Below, in pieces: positions 48,501 to 49,013 of a stretch of DNA of 49,013 nt. The stretch spans positions 1 to 49,013 of the forward strand of contig NW_021834511.1 of NCBI RefSeq assembly GCF_006345805.1. Direction: 5' to 3'. Positions within the stretch are counted from its first letter, which is position 1. The number at the start of each line of letters is the position of its first letter. A program made the position numbers and the translations under genes. A model generated the notes under the pieces. That model saw nothing but the letters and a program-made list of their open reading frames with translations, searched no databases and was not told where the DNA came from. Source of the stretch: Octopus sinensis (lineage: Eukaryota).

Positions 48501-49013
48501 AGAAAGAAAGGAAGAAAGAAAGGAAGAAAGAAAGGAAGAGAGGGAAAGGAAAGAAAGAAAGAAAGAAAGAAAATAGAAAGAAATCAAGGGAAACAGAAAG
48601 AAAGAAAGACTGAGAGAGAGATAGAGAGGAAGGCGACGTAATTCTGTAAAAATGATGAGAAGAAAGAGGGAGAGGAAGGGAGAGAGAGGGGGGAAGGAGG
48701 AGGGATTAGAGAAATTAATGTTAAGAAGAGAGGAGGAGTATGAGATGAGAGACAAAGAGTAAAAAGGCGGAGCATTAATATATAATAAGGTAATAGAGAG
48801 AGGGAGAGGGAAAGAGGGAGAAAGAGAGAGACAGACAAACAGAGACACAGAGACAGAGAGAGACATAAGAAGCGAGAGGGAGAAAGAGAGAGACTGAAAT
48901 AGAGAAATGAAGGGAGAAAAGAGAGAGAAAGACAGACATAGAGAAAGAGAGGGAGATGGAAAGGGAGGAGAAAGGGAGGGAAAGAATGAGGTAAGAGAAT
49001 GAGAGAATATTAT
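47350..49013. repeat. Long polypurine (GAAA/GGAA/GA)n low-complexity tract, open at the window end
   Basis: Direct inspection; source of the 499-aa poly-F/L/S ORF. Confidence 0.95.

Noticed and set aside
47367-48866. 499-aa hydrophobic ORF
   Set aside because: Reverse strand of the polypurine tract; no domain content.

Overview
Eukaryotic, AT-rich, microsatellite-dense animal DNA. The SINE families and repeat landscape look like an octopod cephalopod (inference from recognition, no database search). One host gene is present: the 3' part of an adhesion GPCR on the + strand. Eight GT-AG exons from 745 to 27397 splice in consistent phase to 391 codons: end of GAIN domain, GPS with HL|TSF, Stachel, 7TM and a short tail. 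Its N-terminus lies upstream of the window. The introns and the downstream 21 kb are mostly mobile DNA: four diverged R4/Dong-type RLE retrotransposons whose 3' ends abut (TAA)n (one nearly intact), an RTE fragment with a 5' inversion, CR1-like fragments, a Tx1-clade LINE ending in (TATC)n, a Helitron derivative, a Penelope GIY-YIG fragment, a Ty3/Gypsy pol split by a nearly intact 2.83 kb Buster/SPIN-type hAT with an exact 8-bp TSD, a second hAT remnant interrupted by a SINE with a 13-bp TSD, a mariner end, a MITE and several tRNA-derived SINEs, including a one-head/four-body concatemer. Most interesting observations: hammerhead-ribozyme folds in small repeats (best at 4952-5040, minus strand), the cluster of TAA-associated R4/Dong elements, the twin-priming-like RTE inversion and the nested hAT. 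Most long ORFs in the ORF track (poly-YI, poly-LSIY, poly-FL) are microsatellite artefacts. No CRISPR, rRNA or true tRNA gene was found.
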